Shown here piece after piece: positions 20,901 to 30,894 of a DNA stretch of 64,000 bases (its first letter is position 1; each line of letters opens with the position of its first letter). Origin of the DNA: Nitrosopumilus sp. (GTDB lineage Archaea; Thermoproteota; Nitrososphaeria; Nitrososphaerales; Nitrosopumilaceae); assembly GCA_965203315.1 (NCBI GenBank), contig OZ241857.1, forward strand, positions 352,001 to 416,000, written 5' to 3'. The notes beneath the pieces are model-generated. The model had not been told where the DNA came from. It made no database searches and was given only the letters and a program-made list of their open reading frames with translations. Position numbers and translations under genes: made by a program.

Positions 20901-21511
20901 TTCTCGGGTATCTCGTCTACATTTTGTATTATTCCATGTTCATCTATATTAGCATAAAACGTAGCATTTGTTATTATTATTCCCTGTCCATCAGGATCGA
21001 GCATTATAGGGTGATTGTTCTTATCACGTGCAAGAGAGTGACGTATATCTGGATTTGAAAAGTCAACTCCTGTATCAACTATTGCGACTGTGGCGCCCTT
21101 GCCTGTAAAGCCATACTGTTCATGTACAATATCTGCTTGGACTGTCTTGGCTATACGTGACGCGTCGTCCGCATGAAAATCTAGTTTGTAGTCTTCGATT
21201 ACCGTATATCCTAGAGCAGCTAGTCTTGCAGCACTCGTCTCTGATATCACAGATACAGCAAAGAATCCATTATCTGTGGTTATCATGTGTGAGTTTGGAA
21301 CATCCATATATCCAGAACCAAATATCAGATATCTCTTGTACTCTTGATCTGTGTACTCGATATCGATTATCTCAGAGTACTGTATTTGTGGTTGTACACT
21401 CTGACGAGGAATATCTGAATAGAGTGTGTCAGAGTATTGTGCATCAGAGTATTGTACTATAGTAAATGCCACCAGTCCCAAGACTGCAACAATTGCGAAC
21501 ACTCTGTGCAA
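17921..21511 (-). CDS. Secreted S8 (subtilisin-like) serine peptidase
   Basis: Signal peptide; AIVDTGVD, DGHGTSSA, SAGNAG, FSSRGP, GGTSMAAP catalytic motifs. Confidence 0.93.
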   Translation of the reverse strand: MHRVFAIVAVLGLVAFTIVQYSDAQYSDTLYSDIPRQSVQPQIQYSEIIDIEYTDQEYKRYLIFGSGYMDVPNSHMITTDNGFFAVSVISETSAARLAALGYTVIEDYKLDFHADDASRIAKTVQADIVHEQYGFTGKGATVAIVDTGVDFSNPDIRHSLARDKNNHPIMLDPDGQGIIITNATFYANIDEHGIIQNVDEIPENMTSSVYVSDRGVFLDINKNNKGTVISIYNSFFPAGGNSIVFNGTLDKDMKIGRDRHNYIKSASGIYKLGVMYQGSLDGPLARIQVVPILVVDSFKAGIYDTIIPDMSTSWKDFTRFDLKDGKRPNYDFDFTDERPIVLGSGNEFLVYDSNRDGRDDYTAGTVGARVLDIYGAIHDDESHIDDHLGAVNGTLLPALDPNGDFFGVMTDFDGHGTSSAATITSRGVSIYHVYNDTREYTITGVAPDAKIVPIKALWFGDVVYGWLWAAGFDNTNGTWKFTGNSRADIISNSWGVSTFPGLERAPGMDILSLIIGVLTVPQSLHDDYGGVLMITSAGNAGHGYGTISLPGGSPFSVSVGATTNNVFVGYGPFKDQPRFGNKTIHQNHIVDFSSRGPSIIGDPKPDIMGTGAYSFTPSSVLSKKDSTVEPFRLYGGTSMAAPMIAGAAAVLIEASRENGFDYDPFVLKRILMSSADDLYNDPFTQGAGLVDVYAAVRYINGTDGTFSAYNDGSFHNVLQVLSPAMENVNSSTIGLDRFKLPDKSMQMASWFAGQLMAGERSTTTYTIHNPSNDTIRVDIIPQRLSLVGQETFTGVTVPREQDPVHNKSSILVPNYVRLADVHSHTSLKELFDERYIPDTATLMVLNVNFDFDTFLNDTTTYADDLQISSLYVYDWIDGDDDTDIDSDELVMVNRGGSWGTVQELRVNMPTEQFEGVPLVGIYPVPVKYSYWVGDTKHNATAMNYTLSASYYAKERWPLVWTSSQSIEIPPRSTETVDITLVVPNVYSTGVYQGFLTFVGDHHTVNSPVSFVVKEPVTHSNDVIVVHGTNSSDVLYGTGYIKGAFDMTSRYMAGDWRQFYFDIQDNSTDSAVLEVSWYNKDTSLALFVMDPVGRIVQTNVPSGVFGELNDWPSLDWLGVSSFSEGGGFYPIKNKDETSTVIYIPINQTGTYSVMAHATLFGGDSTTEQIDIVGRFSDSTKIPTLEDVDVPSGNDTKD

Positions 21512-21784
21512 TGCTCTTTTTTCTCATGTATGATATAACTATCTTTGTCATTTGATTATGAGATAAAGATATTCGCCGCCCAATATGAAATGGTGTCACT
21601 CTCCTAGACAGACCGATAGTGATGTATTCATACTAGAGTAGAATAGATCTAGTTGCCAAATAATAAACATGGTTACGTGTCGATGTTTATTGAGATATTC
21701 TCGATTTACATGAATTTCACAAGGCTTTCTACACACTCGAGCTCTACTCGAAGATTATTTTGAGAGATTACTCTAGATTTTGTG

Positions 21785-21815
21785 GTCTAGTTGTCCACGT
21801 GTCTAGTTGTCCACG
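21785..21815. repeat. Short tandem duplication (15-bp unit x2, period 16)
   Basis: GTCTAGTTGTCCACG at 21785-21799 and 21801-21815. Confidence 0.6.
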
Positions 21816-22015
21816 AGTATGCTTAGTATCATCTAATTTGATCGATCTCTACATATGATTAATTTGATAGTCTTGTGCCCAATCACAAGATGTAGCAATA
21901 GTCTTGGTGTCTTTTGCAACCATCCATCCCTAGACTAGTGAGATTCGTTTATTGACTAGTTTCATATCGCAATGACCTACATATCTGTTAAACAAAAAAA
22001 GAAGAGATGTTTGAT

Positions 22016-23107
22016 CTAGATTGTACTCTTGATCATTCTTACACGTCTAGTCATGACGATGGTTACGCCTATGGCTACTGCCATCACCATCATCACCATC
22101 ACTCCGAACTCGGGGACAATCTTTTCCACAGTCTCCATCTTTATCAGTATGGCGTCGATCTGTTCATCAATCTTGTCTGCATCCTCTCCACTCTTTATCA
22201 TGTCACGCAACTCTTCCCGCAGCATAATCTCCACCTCTTCCATCAACTCTCGTTCACCTGCATCAACTAGTGGTTGTTCTAGAAACTCATAGTTGTCTAG
22301 ATACGCTCTTGTGACGAGACTCAAAGCTAGGTCGGTATTACCCATTCGGTACTCTGTCTTTGTGTCTTCTAGTAGACTCTTTATCGTGTCTACGTATGTT
22401 ACTAGATCTCTCTCCGTAGACCCAACTACGATCTCTGAGATTATTCTGTCTACGATCTCATCTACCAGAGTAGGATCTGCACGTTGTGTGTATGCATCAC
22501 TCAATTCAGAGTATGCCGCATCTATATTTGCAGACTTTGTATCGCCCAAGTAGGATCTCTGTTCTTCAAATATCTGCTTGCTCTTTACCACAAACGCAGA
22601 ACCATCTTGAAACTCGGGCATGTTCCCGATCACTCCGTCTTGGACAGCTTCATAGTACTCGGCCACAGATGTCTCCAAGAGTATACGCACTAGTTCTAGT
22701 TGAAACTCTGGATCATCCAAACTTGACTTTGGGACTATGGCTGCACGTGTCTGTTCGATGATATCTTTTGCATCATCTATTGCTCTCTGTGCTTGTGCTC
22801 GTGATACATCTGTCGTTGCTTTCTTTTGTAGATCTTGTAATGTAGTCCTTACCAGATCATCTAGTGCCGGATCCTTCTCTACAAGCTGTGGCTTGAGCGA
22901 TGTATATATCTCGGCGATAGGATGTGTTGCATGGACCAGTGCTAGTTTTGCGTTATTCTCGTCTAGGTTTAACTCTATTGCCCAAAAGTGACCTAGCGTC
23001 TCTTCGAGTCCTGAAGCAAAGTCTACCTCGTCTTGTGTGTACGCTTGCGCAGACTGTATCGATATTATGACAGATACAGTCATGAACGCAATTGCTAAAA
23101 GCTTCAT
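22016..23107 (-). CDS. PEFG-CTERM surface protein with helical, possibly iron-uptake-related domains
   Basis: Signal peptide; C-terminal IVPEFG + TM helix + basic tail; AYLDNYEFLE motif as in FTR1-associated domains. Confidence 0.85.
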   Translation of the reverse strand: MKLLAIAFMTVSVIISIQSAQAYTQDEVDFASGLEETLGHFWAIELNLDENNAKLALVHATHPIAEIYTSLKPQLVEKDPALDDLVRTTLQDLQKKATTDVSRAQAQRAIDDAKDIIEQTRAAIVPKSSLDDPEFQLELVRILLETSVAEYYEAVQDGVIGNMPEFQDGSAFVVKSKQIFEEQRSYLGDTKSANIDAAYSELSDAYTQRADPTLVDEIVDRIISEIVVGSTERDLVTYVDTIKSLLEDTKTEYRMGNTDLALSLVTRAYLDNYEFLEQPLVDAGERELMEEVEIMLREELRDMIKSGEDADKIDEQIDAILIKMETVEKIVPEFGVMVMMVMAVAIGVTIVMTRRVRMIKSTI

Positions 23108-23179
23108 AACTTTTGAGAAAAGTATACACTATAAAACGAGTATCTTGATTCCAAGTTTTTGTTATTAATGGCTGTAATT

Positions 23180-23385
23180 GATTCCATCATGTATCGGTAT
23201 AATCCATATCAGACAGATGATGATTCCATCACACAACGTGTATCGTCTCTGGAAAACTCTTTAAAGAAAGTCATTACGCTTGCATGATCTAACTCTACGC
23301 GTCTGTTGAACAACAGATCGCCACTCTCATTTACGCCTGCTATCTGTAGAAACATCTTGTGCACATCTATTCCGACATAGATCAT
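23180..23385 (-). pseudogene. IS110-family transposase N-terminal remnant
   Basis: Read by eye: MIYVGIDVHKMFLQIAGVNESGDLLFNRRV...CVMESSSV*YGLYRYM; YVGIDVHK and ME motifs of the DEDD domain; internal TGA at 23209-23211. Confidence 0.8.
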
Positions 23386-23619
23386 GTTTCCATTTTTTTA
23401 GAGGGATAATCTGTTTGTTTGCATCTCCATCTATCTCTGCTCGCTTTGTGGTCGATTTCTTAACGAACGATATGCTTGGTATCATCTAATTGAGTTGCTA
23501 TCAATTTCTTCACATATGGTTACTTTTTGTACCACACATACCTAGAATCTCGTAGGTCTCGAAGATTATGCAGAACCCAATTCCAGAATATTTTTATGTG
23601 GTTATGACGATGATCTACT

Positions 23620-24234
23620 GTGGCAATAGAGAGCAAGATGTTAGAGATCAGTGAGATCGAAGAGTATATCATCTTGTTGGTACATGTAGACGATCAACAC
23701 ATGCGAGGTAGACAGAAACTCCAATTTTTGATCTACATGTTGGGAGATCCCTATCCAGAGATCAGAGAGTTGTGTGATTTTACAATAAAAGATAATGGAC
23801 CACACAGTACAGTAATAGATAACTCTCTCGATCATCTTGTACAGTTGAGTCTGCTAGTAGAGGGTGATGGTGCTATACAATTGACAGAAAAGTGTGCCGA
23901 ATATACTAAAGATATTGTAGCTAAAAAAAACAAGATTCTAAAGTTTCCAGGACTAGTTAATATAACGATGCCAGATGTATTTATTGAACACAAGAGTATC
24001 ATAAACGATATTTCCATTCCAGAGATGCTCTCTTTTATGTACTGCGAGTACCCTTACATGCAAAAGGGTTCCATAACGTACAAGAAACTCAAACCATACA
24101 TTAAAGATCATTTATTTTCTTTATTTGCAAAAGAAAAGTTGAGTCTTGCACGGGTTGGAGGACTCATTGGCATACCAATACACTTAATGATGAAAGAGGC
24201 GGGTAACCGAGGCTTACTCCGATTAGAGCTTTGA
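23620..24234 (+). CDS. Antitoxin copy 1: Panacea/DUF4065-like wHTH fused to UPF0175-like C-terminus
   Basis: GRQKLQFLIY...F....GPHS; YCEYP; C-term KEKLSLARVGGLIG; 204 aa, overlaps PIN gene start. Confidence 0.75.
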   Translation: MAIESKMLEISEIEEYIILLVHVDDQHMRGRQKLQFLIYMLGDPYPEIRELCDFTIKDNGPHSTVIDNSLDHLVQLSLLVEGDGAIQLTEKCAEYTKDIVAKKNKILKFPGLVNITMPDVFIEHKSIINDISIPEMLSFMYCEYPYMQKGSITYKKLKPYIKDHLFSLFAKEKLSLARVGGLIGIPIHLMMKEAGNRGLLRLEL

Positions 24235-24722
24235 AGATATTCGATACGTCTCCCTTGGTTGGAATATTCAATGAATCTAAAAGACCAGATATGTTTGATG
24301 ATCTTTTACAATTGGGACACAAATTAACAACTACAAAATATGTGTTATCGGAGATAAAGGATCCTAATACTTGTACAAATGTTAAAAGATTAATGCGGGA
24401 ACATAAACTTGAATGCTTAGAAAAAAACTCGCTAGAAGAGATTGAAAATTTTAAACGAATTTATAAAAAATTAGAAAAAGGTGAGATAGATGTACTTCTA
24501 ACTTACATAAAACTAAGCCAACACATCACCCGCATTTACTGTATTTTAGATGACGGAAATGCGCGAAAAGTAGCATCAAAATTAGACCTCCAATATACTG
24601 GTCTGATAGGACTGCTAAGGCTACTAAATAATCGTGGAATTAAGAGCCTTGATGAGATCAACAAGATTCTCAAACTACTAAAAGAAGGTGGTTTCAGGAT
24701 GCCAAAACACATTGATATCTAG
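24231..24722 (+). CDS. PIN-domain toxin copy 1 (DUF3368/VapC-like), intact
   Basis: IFDTSPL, GEIDVL, ILDDGNARK, TGLIGLL, GFRMP; TTGA overlap with antitoxin stop. Confidence 0.85.
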   Translation: MKIFDTSPLVGIFNESKRPDMFDDLLQLGHKLTTTKYVLSEIKDPNTCTNVKRLMREHKLECLEKNSLEEIENFKRIYKKLEKGEIDVLLTYIKLSQHITRIYCILDDGNARKVASKLDLQYTGLIGLLRLLNNRGIKSLDEINKILKLLKEGGFRMPKHIDI

Positions 24723-25000
24723 CTGTGATCTTTAGGTTCTTTTAACTTATCGGGGGGGGGGGAGGGTATTTGAAATTTAGGAGATCTCTTGGAAATTTGC
24801 TGTCGGTGGCAATCCCACAAACAATTCACAAAAATTACATATTATTAAACAATTCATCTTGAATAGATATCATGTATAATTCATTATTCACAGGAACGCT
24901 CTTTGTTGATTAAAATAACTTGTTGTATCGTAAATTACAGAAAAAATAACATGTACTCTGACATTTATTGAAATTAAAAATAACAAAGACGCTGTAAAAC

Positions 25001-25118
25001 GATTCTCTTCGATTTATATGATGTGGCTTCTCGCAAAGGATTTTTGCATAATTTTCCTCTAGACTCTTACAGTGCTTTTTTTCTGTAACCCATTATTCTA
25101 CGTAAATAGAATAGATCC
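25001..25118. mobile_element. MITE family B copy (degenerate left end)
   Basis: GATTCTCTTCGATTTA...CGTAAATAGAATAGATCC, colinear with 26928-27043. Confidence 0.75.
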
Positions 25119-25126
25119 TTAAAACA

Positions 25127-25885
25127 TTACTTTGCCATGCTGGAGATTTTTTTGAAAATATTTGTAGAGACTTCATTAAATGGAGGAGGATCATGAGGTA
25201 AAAATGGGCCAAGATCTTTGATCCAATCTTTTTCCATTTCTTTTACACTCTTGCTGAATGCATCAAGATTGAAATCTTCGTCATAAAGGTTGATTTTAGC
25301 TTTGATCATATTTGAATCTAATGATATTTGCTTACAAAAGAGATAATTCAAATCATATAGGTGTCGAGGAGCTCCAGAATAAATCACCGCTCTAACCTTT
25401 TCTGCCATTATCTCTTCTACGGGCATTGATGGAATTGTAAAAATAGGAATTGCTCTATATTTGTGTAAAACAATAGAATTACGGGGTTTACGAAGTACTG
25501 TTTCTCTCATACTCAGATCAATTCTTAAGCTATTTGGATAATTATTAAATCCATTGTATTTTATTGTAACTTTTTTACTACTTGCTACAATACTTTCTTT
25601 TTTAATCTTCGTTATAGCAAAATCAAGGCTGTCTTTTTTGCTGTCTAATAACGAAATCAATTCTTCAGATATATCTTCTAAACATGTAAAATCAATATCT
25701 TCTGAAAATCTGAAATCTTTGAAATACACTTTTTTTAACGCGGTACCACCTTTGAATACCATTTTACTGATCTGTGAAAATTGTGAAATTAAGAAAAGAA
25801 TGTTTGTGATTGCATAATCCTTTTCGATTGTTCCAATTGGAACTTTTTCTTTTGCGGCTAATTTTCGTATCAGTTCATCATTCAT
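25127..25885 (-). CDS. AbiEii-family nucleotidyltransferase toxin (type IV TA)
   Basis: IEKDY, FKGGTALKK, RFSEDIDF, EIMAEK, PRHLYDL; start placed at ATG 25885 (TAATG overlap). Confidence 0.92.
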   Translation of the reverse strand: MNDELIRKLAAKEKVPIGTIEKDYAITNILFLISQFSQISKMVFKGGTALKKVYFKDFRFSEDIDFTCLEDISEELISLLDSKKDSLDFAITKIKKESIVASSKKVTIKYNGFNNYPNSLRIDLSMRETVLRKPRNSIVLHKYRAIPIFTIPSMPVEEIMAEKVRAVIYSGAPRHLYDLNYLFCKQISLDSNMIKAKINLYDEDFNLDAFSKSVKEMEKDWIKDLGPFLPHDPPPFNEVSTNIFKKISSMAK

Positions 25886-26697
25886 TAATATCCCATCCAT
25901 CCCAATAGACGGCTTTTTCTTTTATTAATAATCAATCCATATTCTTTAGAATAACTCAACCTCGCTTTTGTAGTATTGGGATCAAGGAAGTGATATCCTT
26001 TGAAAGTGTTTTTTAGTTCGTTTGCTATTTCTTGTTCAATATCTAAAATATTTAAAATATATCCCAACCTTCTCAAAACTATACTTGCATCAACCCTCTT
26101 TGACATCTCTAGTACATCTGACCAATTTACATCATCTTTTACATTCCACATTGCCTTGACGATCTCGGATATGCCTCCACAATATTCAGGATGGGTTAAA
26201 CCGTCAACAATTGTCTTTTCTTTAGAAGAGATGTTAAAGGTTTCTGTTTCACTCGCTTGTTGCTCAATAAATCCAAAGAATTTTTTCTTTGATAACGTTA
26301 CAAATTTGAATTTTTGATTTACAAATCCAAAACTTTTTTTCCTCTTTGTGGTTATCACAAAAACTGTGTAAGGAATCTGTTCTGTCATCCCCCAATAATT
26401 CATAGCTGTCAAAAAGCCAACATAATAGACATCGATTAGATGTGAAACTAGTACCAATGGCGATTCTGTCCAATATAGATCACTGCCTGCTTTTTCGGGC
26501 ACTAGGAGATACTTGTCTCTCTGGATTCGTTGTAATCTACCTTTTCGTGTCAAATTCATAAGAATATGTCTTACTGATTGATCAGATGTCTGTAGATGGT
26601 ATTTGGCAGTATTAGAATTAAAGATACTGACTCTTTTTTCTGCCAATGTGAGTAAGAGTCTATTTTCTTGAGGTCCCAGATTTATACTTTGTGCCAC
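25885..26697 (-). CDS. AbiEi-family antitoxin / transcriptional regulator
   Basis: N-term wHTH, YYVGFLTAMNYWGMTEQIP, SSKEKTIVDGL..PEYCGG, RRLGYIL. Confidence 0.9.
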   Translation of the reverse strand: MAQSINLGPQENRLLLTLAEKRVSIFNSNTAKYHLQTSDQSVRHILMNLTRKGRLQRIQRDKYLLVPEKAGSDLYWTESPLVLVSHLIDVYYVGFLTAMNYWGMTEQIPYTVFVITTKRKKSFGFVNQKFKFVTLSKKKFFGFIEQQASETETFNISSKEKTIVDGLTHPEYCGGISEIVKAMWNVKDDVNWSDVLEMSKRVDASIVLRRLGYILNILDIEQEIANELKNTFKGYHFLDPNTTKARLSYSKEYGLIINKRKSRLLGWMGY

Positions 26698-26927
26698 GAT
26701 AATTCACTAACAAGGAATTATCACTACATGAAATATATAAGTATTAACTATGGGTGCTCTTACGTTGTAGAGACTTGAGGATTTCGGCATGGGATCTCAA
26801 GATCGAATGTTGAGATTCCAATTTTATGCCAGAGATCGATATGATGAGGCATCAGCTCTTGAGCCACTTTGTATGCAGTTCATATTGTTAGATCACTTGA
26901 GATCAACTAAAATTTCTCATTCGTGAA

Positions 26928-27043
26928 GGATCTCTTCGATTTATGTTGGATGACATCTCGCAAGGGTTTTGTATGATTTTCCTCTGGGGCTCTTACAATG
27001 CTTTTTTCTGTAATCCTTCATTTCACGTAAATAGAAGAGATCC
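26928..27043. mobile_element. MITE family B copy
   Basis: GGATCTCTTCGATTTA...TAAATAGAAGAGATCC. Confidence 0.85.
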
Positions 27044-27058
27044 TCTTGTGTGCCATTG

Positions 27059-27172
27059 GGATCTTTTCGGTTCGCGTGGGACGAATAATTACAGAAAACA
27101 CTACAAGATTCTATAAGAGAAAATTAGGAAAAAGTCTTGTGAAATACCATCCCACGTAAATCGAAGAGATCC
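27059..27172. mobile_element. MITE family B copy (opposite orientation) with 8-bp target site duplication
   Basis: GGATCTTTTCGG...TCGAAGAGATCC flanked by TGCCATTG at 27051-27058 and 27173-27180. Confidence 0.9.
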
Positions 27173-27450
27173 TGCCATTGTTCGACTATACTATTGTATA
27201 GTTGAGATGACTCTGCTTAACGAAAACCGCGTTTCAGTATAGTTGTTGTCATCTGCCACTAAAATTCAAGCTCTACAACTTGGAGAATCGTAATCTTTGC
27301 CCATGAATTGATTCTATGATCGTCATCAGACATGGTGTATCTTTTATCACCGTCTATCGACCAATACATCTCAAAATACTTGTCTCAGATATCACAAGTG
27401 TTAGTAAAATTTAACCACTAACAATATCAAACTGAAAAGGATCGTACTGG

Positions 27451-27487
27451 ACCATGACTACAATTCTAGAATGTTTTTATGTCGTTA
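27451..27487 (+). promoter_or_regulatory. Conserved upstream element / TATA box of TA paralogs
   Basis: ACCATGACT..CAAT.CTAGAATGTTTTTATGTCGTTA shared with upstream of copy 4 (reverse strand ~41922-41961) and partly copy 1; TTTTTAT ~25 bp before ATG. Confidence 0.6.
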
Positions 27488-27502
27488 TATGGATAACATG
27501 GC

Positions 27503-28117
27503 ATGGCAATCGACACTGCAACTCTAGAGATCAGCGAACTAGAAAAGTACATCATTTTACTGGCATACGTAGATGATGAACCGATACACGGAAGGCAGAA
27601 ACTTCAACTAATAATGTACGTACTAGGTACTCCATATCCAGAAATAAGAGAGTGGTGTAATTTTACAATAAAGGATGATGGTCCACACAGTACCATTCTA
27701 GAGGATACTTTGGAGCGTCTAGTTCAAATGAACATGCTAGCAGAAAATGACGACGTCATTCAATTAACCAAGCACAGTATAGAACATGCAAAAGCTATTG
27801 TAGATGAGAAGGGTGGAATGCCGTTGATTCAAGATATATTTGACATAAAGATACCACAAGTATGTAGCAATCATAAAAGTACTCTCAATGACATAACTAT
27901 TCCAGAGATGCTGTCGTATATGTACTGTCATTATCCATATATGACTAAAGGTTCTAAAACATATGAAAAACTTAAGCCAAATATTAAAGAACATATAATT
28001 TCAATGTATGTGAAAGAAAAGATCACTCTGGGTAGAGCAGGAGAATTACTTGGTATGCCTAAACACATAATAATGGACGAGATGGCCAAAAGAAAATTAC
28101 TTCGGATTGGAAATTGA
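27503..28117 (+). CDS. Antitoxin copy 2 (Panacea-like + UPF0175-like)
   Basis: 204 aa paralog; GRQKLQL, GPHS, KITLGRAGELLG. Confidence 0.78.
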   Translation: MAIDTATLEISELEKYIILLAYVDDEPIHGRQKLQLIMYVLGTPYPEIREWCNFTIKDDGPHSTILEDTLERLVQMNMLAENDDVIQLTKHSIEHAKAIVDEKGGMPLIQDIFDIKIPQVCSNHKSTLNDITIPEMLSYMYCHYPYMTKGSKTYEKLKPNIKEHIISMYVKEKITLGRAGELLGMPKHIIMDEMAKRKLLRIGN

Positions 28118-28795
28118 AGATATTTGATTCGTCGCCGTTGATTGCAATATTTAATCAATTTCAGTATCCACAAGCATTTGATTATATTTTACAACTGGGA
28201 CATGAGCTAGCGATAACAAATTTTGTATGGGACGAATTAAAGGACGATAGTACACGTTCGAATGTAAAGAGATTGATCAAAGAAGGCAAACTCAGACAGT
28301 ACGAAAAGAATTCACTAAAAGAGATCAATAAAACTCTAGACGATGGACTAAACGCTGAAATAGGTGAGATATAGTCGAGGACAAAAATAAGTTCACACTA
28401 GTATTTGACCATAGTAATCAAATGTGGAGAGCACATGTGCCACATTCCATAGCAAAAGAAATAACATAACGCTAAAAATTAATAATGTTCTATTATGATA
28501 TGTCCTAATCAACCAATACAACTTGAAACAAAAAAGTGTTAACTTGTTTTTGTCCTTGACTATAGATGTACTCTTGACTTGTCAAAAGTTAGGCGGATAT
28601 GAGAATAATGTTTATTGTATCATTGATGACAAAAAGGCACAAAAAATAGCATCAAGATCAGGAATAAAATATCTTAATTTAAAAGGACTATTAAAGATGA
28701 TAAGCAGTAAAGGAATCAAGTATCCAAAAGAAATTGACGAAATTATTGAATTACTAGACAGATCAGAATTTAGACCACCTGTCGGTTTCACATAA
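28114..28795 (+). pseudogene. PIN toxin copy 2, interrupted by a MITE
   Basis: KIFDSSPL...EIGEI | insertion | DVLLTC...IIDDKKA...EFRPP; removing 28372-28564 restores GEIDVLL. Confidence 0.9.
28372..28562. mobile_element. MITE family A (191 bp, IS630/Tc1-mariner type, TA TSD)
   Basis: TIR TAGTCGAGGACAAAAATAAGTTCACACT vs reverse complement of right end TAGTCAAGGACAAAAACAAGTTAACACT; TA duplicated at 28370-71 and 28563-64. Confidence 0.92.
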
Positions 28796-29060
28796 TCTGT
28801 TGCGATTCATATCTGATTATTGGTTTTTTTAACTTATCGGAGGTGGCTATTGACAGTGTTGGGAGAGCAGTTTCCGGCAGTGTATTGACCGGAAGAATGT
28901 TGTGACGCCTTTTTGGACATTGATAGTACAAAACGCGGTTTTTTTAATTTATCGGGGGGTTAAGATTAAGATCAGTACTTCCAACTGTCTGCTTATTAAC
29001 AAGCCACATCAGCAATCTTTGGCGGAGGACACTTTTCTCGACAGAATTGAATGTAATCTA

Positions 29061-29271
29061 TACCAAAGTGCAAAAGTATTTTTCAAGACGACAACAAATG
29101 AACGCACATGTACTTTTTATGGATGACTCATCAGGTAATGACGACGGCGCATGTGTTATTTCTATTGGCAAAATCGTTCAAATTGAGTACATTTGATTTC
29201 CGTAAGGCGGATTAATGATTACACACATGCTATTCTATGATTTACTTGGAAAATACTTTTGCACATTGATA
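29061..29271. mobile_element. MITE family C (211 bp, IS630/Tc1-mariner type, TA TSD)
   Basis: TACCAAAGTGCAAAAGTATTTTTCAAG...CTTGGAAAATACTTTTGCACATTGATA, TA on both sides. Confidence 0.85.
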
Positions 29272-29363
29272 TATGTGCCAGAATAACCCTCAATACAAAA
29301 CTAGTTAAAATCATCTAGGATTTCTTACATCGATAATACAACTTGATTGTGAATCGAAATAGA

Positions 29364-29852
29364 CTATACGATACCACTGGGCAGTCTAAATTCTGATCTT
29401 TTGATTAATTCTATGATCTCATCAATCTTTTTTGGATATTCGATTCCTTTACTGCCTAGCATCTCTAACAGCCCTTTCAGATCAGTGTATCTTACTCCTA
29501 ATCTTGATGCTACCTTTTGTGCATCTTTATCATCAAGTATGCAATAGATGTTATTCTTGTACTCTCTTAGTTTTAAGCAGGACAGTATTACATCTGTTTC
29601 TCCACCATCCAATCTAATTCCATCTAGGTTAAATTTTTTGATCTCTTGAAATGAGCTCTCTTCTGGCTTTATGAGTTTACCTTCCTCTTTCAATCGTGTT
29701 ACATTTGTGCTTGTTCTATCGCCCTTTAATTCATCCCATACAAAATGAGGTACTGCTAACTCGTGACCCAACTGTAAAATATAATCAAATGCTTGTGGGT
29801 ACTGAAACTGATTGAATATCGCAATCAATGGCGACGAATCAAATATCTTTAA
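29364..29852 (-). pseudogene. PIN toxin copy 3, start codon lost (TTG to TTA)
   Basis: Frame continues upstream as (L)KIFDSSPLIAIF identical to copy 2, but junction reads AATTAAAGAT instead of AATTGAAGAT; next start (29828) omits the first catalytic Asp. Confidence 0.72.
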
Positions 29853-30463
29853 TTTCCAAACCGAAGTAATTTTCTTTTGGCCAACTCGTCCATTATTACG
29901 TGCTTGGGTATTCCGAGTAACTCTGCAGCTCTACCGAAACTAAATCTCTCCTTTGCATACATGGAAATGATATATTCTTTGATGTTTGGCTTGAGTTTTT
30001 CATATGTTGTAGAACCTTTGGTCATATCTGGATATCTACAGTACAAGAATGATAACGCTTCTGGAATAGTTACACTGTTTATGACGTGTTTGTGGTTATG
30101 AAATACCCATACCATAGTTGGATTAAACGCATCTTCAATCTCTGGGAATCCACCCTTCTCTTCTCCAATGACTCTGGCATAATTCATACTATGCCTGGTT
30201 AATTGAATGGTGTCGTTGTTTTCATCTAGCATCTCCATTTGTACTAGATGCTTCAAAGTATCATCTAGAACAGTGCTGTATGGACCATCGTCTCTTACTG
30301 TATAATTGCACCAATCTCTGATCTCTGGATATGAATCACCTAACATGTACATCATTAATTGAAGTTTCTGTCTGCCGTATATTGGCTCGCCATCTACATA
30401 TACGAGCAATAGTATGTACTTTTCTAGTTCACTGTTCTCTAGGGTTGCAGTGTCGATTGCCAT
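29849..30463 (-). CDS. Antitoxin copy 3 (Panacea-like + UPF0175-like)
   Basis: MAIDTATLE start at 30463 gives 204 aa like paralogs; RFSFGRAAELLG. Confidence 0.78.
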   Translation of the reverse strand: MAIDTATLENSELEKYILLLVYVDGEPIYGRQKLQLMMYMLGDSYPEIRDWCNYTVRDDGPYSTVLDDTLKHLVQMEMLDENNDTIQLTRHSMNYARVIGEEKGGFPEIEDAFNPTMVWVFHNHKHVINSVTIPEALSFLYCRYPDMTKGSTTYEKLKPNIKEYIISMYAKERFSFGRAAELLGIPKHVIMDELAKRKLLRFGN

Positions 30464-30894
30464 GTATGTAGTTCCGTGCACATATTATAAAAATATGGTG
30501 TCAACTCGGATTGAATTCATTATGGGCATGATGCATCGGGTGCACTTTTGTTTGATATGTTGGAGACATTACAATTAATGGAAAATCATGACAACAATAT
30601 ACAAAATGTTGTGGGTGTTGGAACTGAATTTCAACTCTCACGGACAACGAGTGGCAAAAATAAAATTAACTTTAGATTTAGAGATGCCAGCAAGTCTTGT
30701 GTGTGTGAGGTCAGAGTTAATGGTTGTATTCTAAATCGATCTTTAGTACATCACATGTATAATACAAATGGTAAAGTGTCTAGAACGCCTTGTACCAAGT
30801 TGTCAAGTACAACTTGTCGCCAACAGATACTAATTGATGTAGTCATAAAACTCACATCCATTATCTTTTTATCGCCATTACAATAACTAACATT

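Noticed and set aside
22007-22270. Plus-strand ORF with a poly-His run
   Set aside because: Antisense shadow of the Val/Met-rich TM segment of the PEFG-CTERM gene
24752-24762. Poly-G tract as a phase-variation switch
   Set aside because: Lies downstream of a gene inside a MITE-D-like end, not in a CDS or promoter; may be a homopolymer length error
26928-27172. Possible CRISPR array or structured ncRNA from repeated GGATC...GATCC units
   Set aside because: Units are ~115 bp, dispersed, with TIRs and a TSD, which makes them MITEs; no repeat-spacer periodicity or cas genes in the window
30548-30886. 112-aa plus-strand ORF, and similar short ORFs at 28902, 31677 and 48613
   Set aside because: No recognisable motif, atypical starts, and some overlap MITEs; likely spurious
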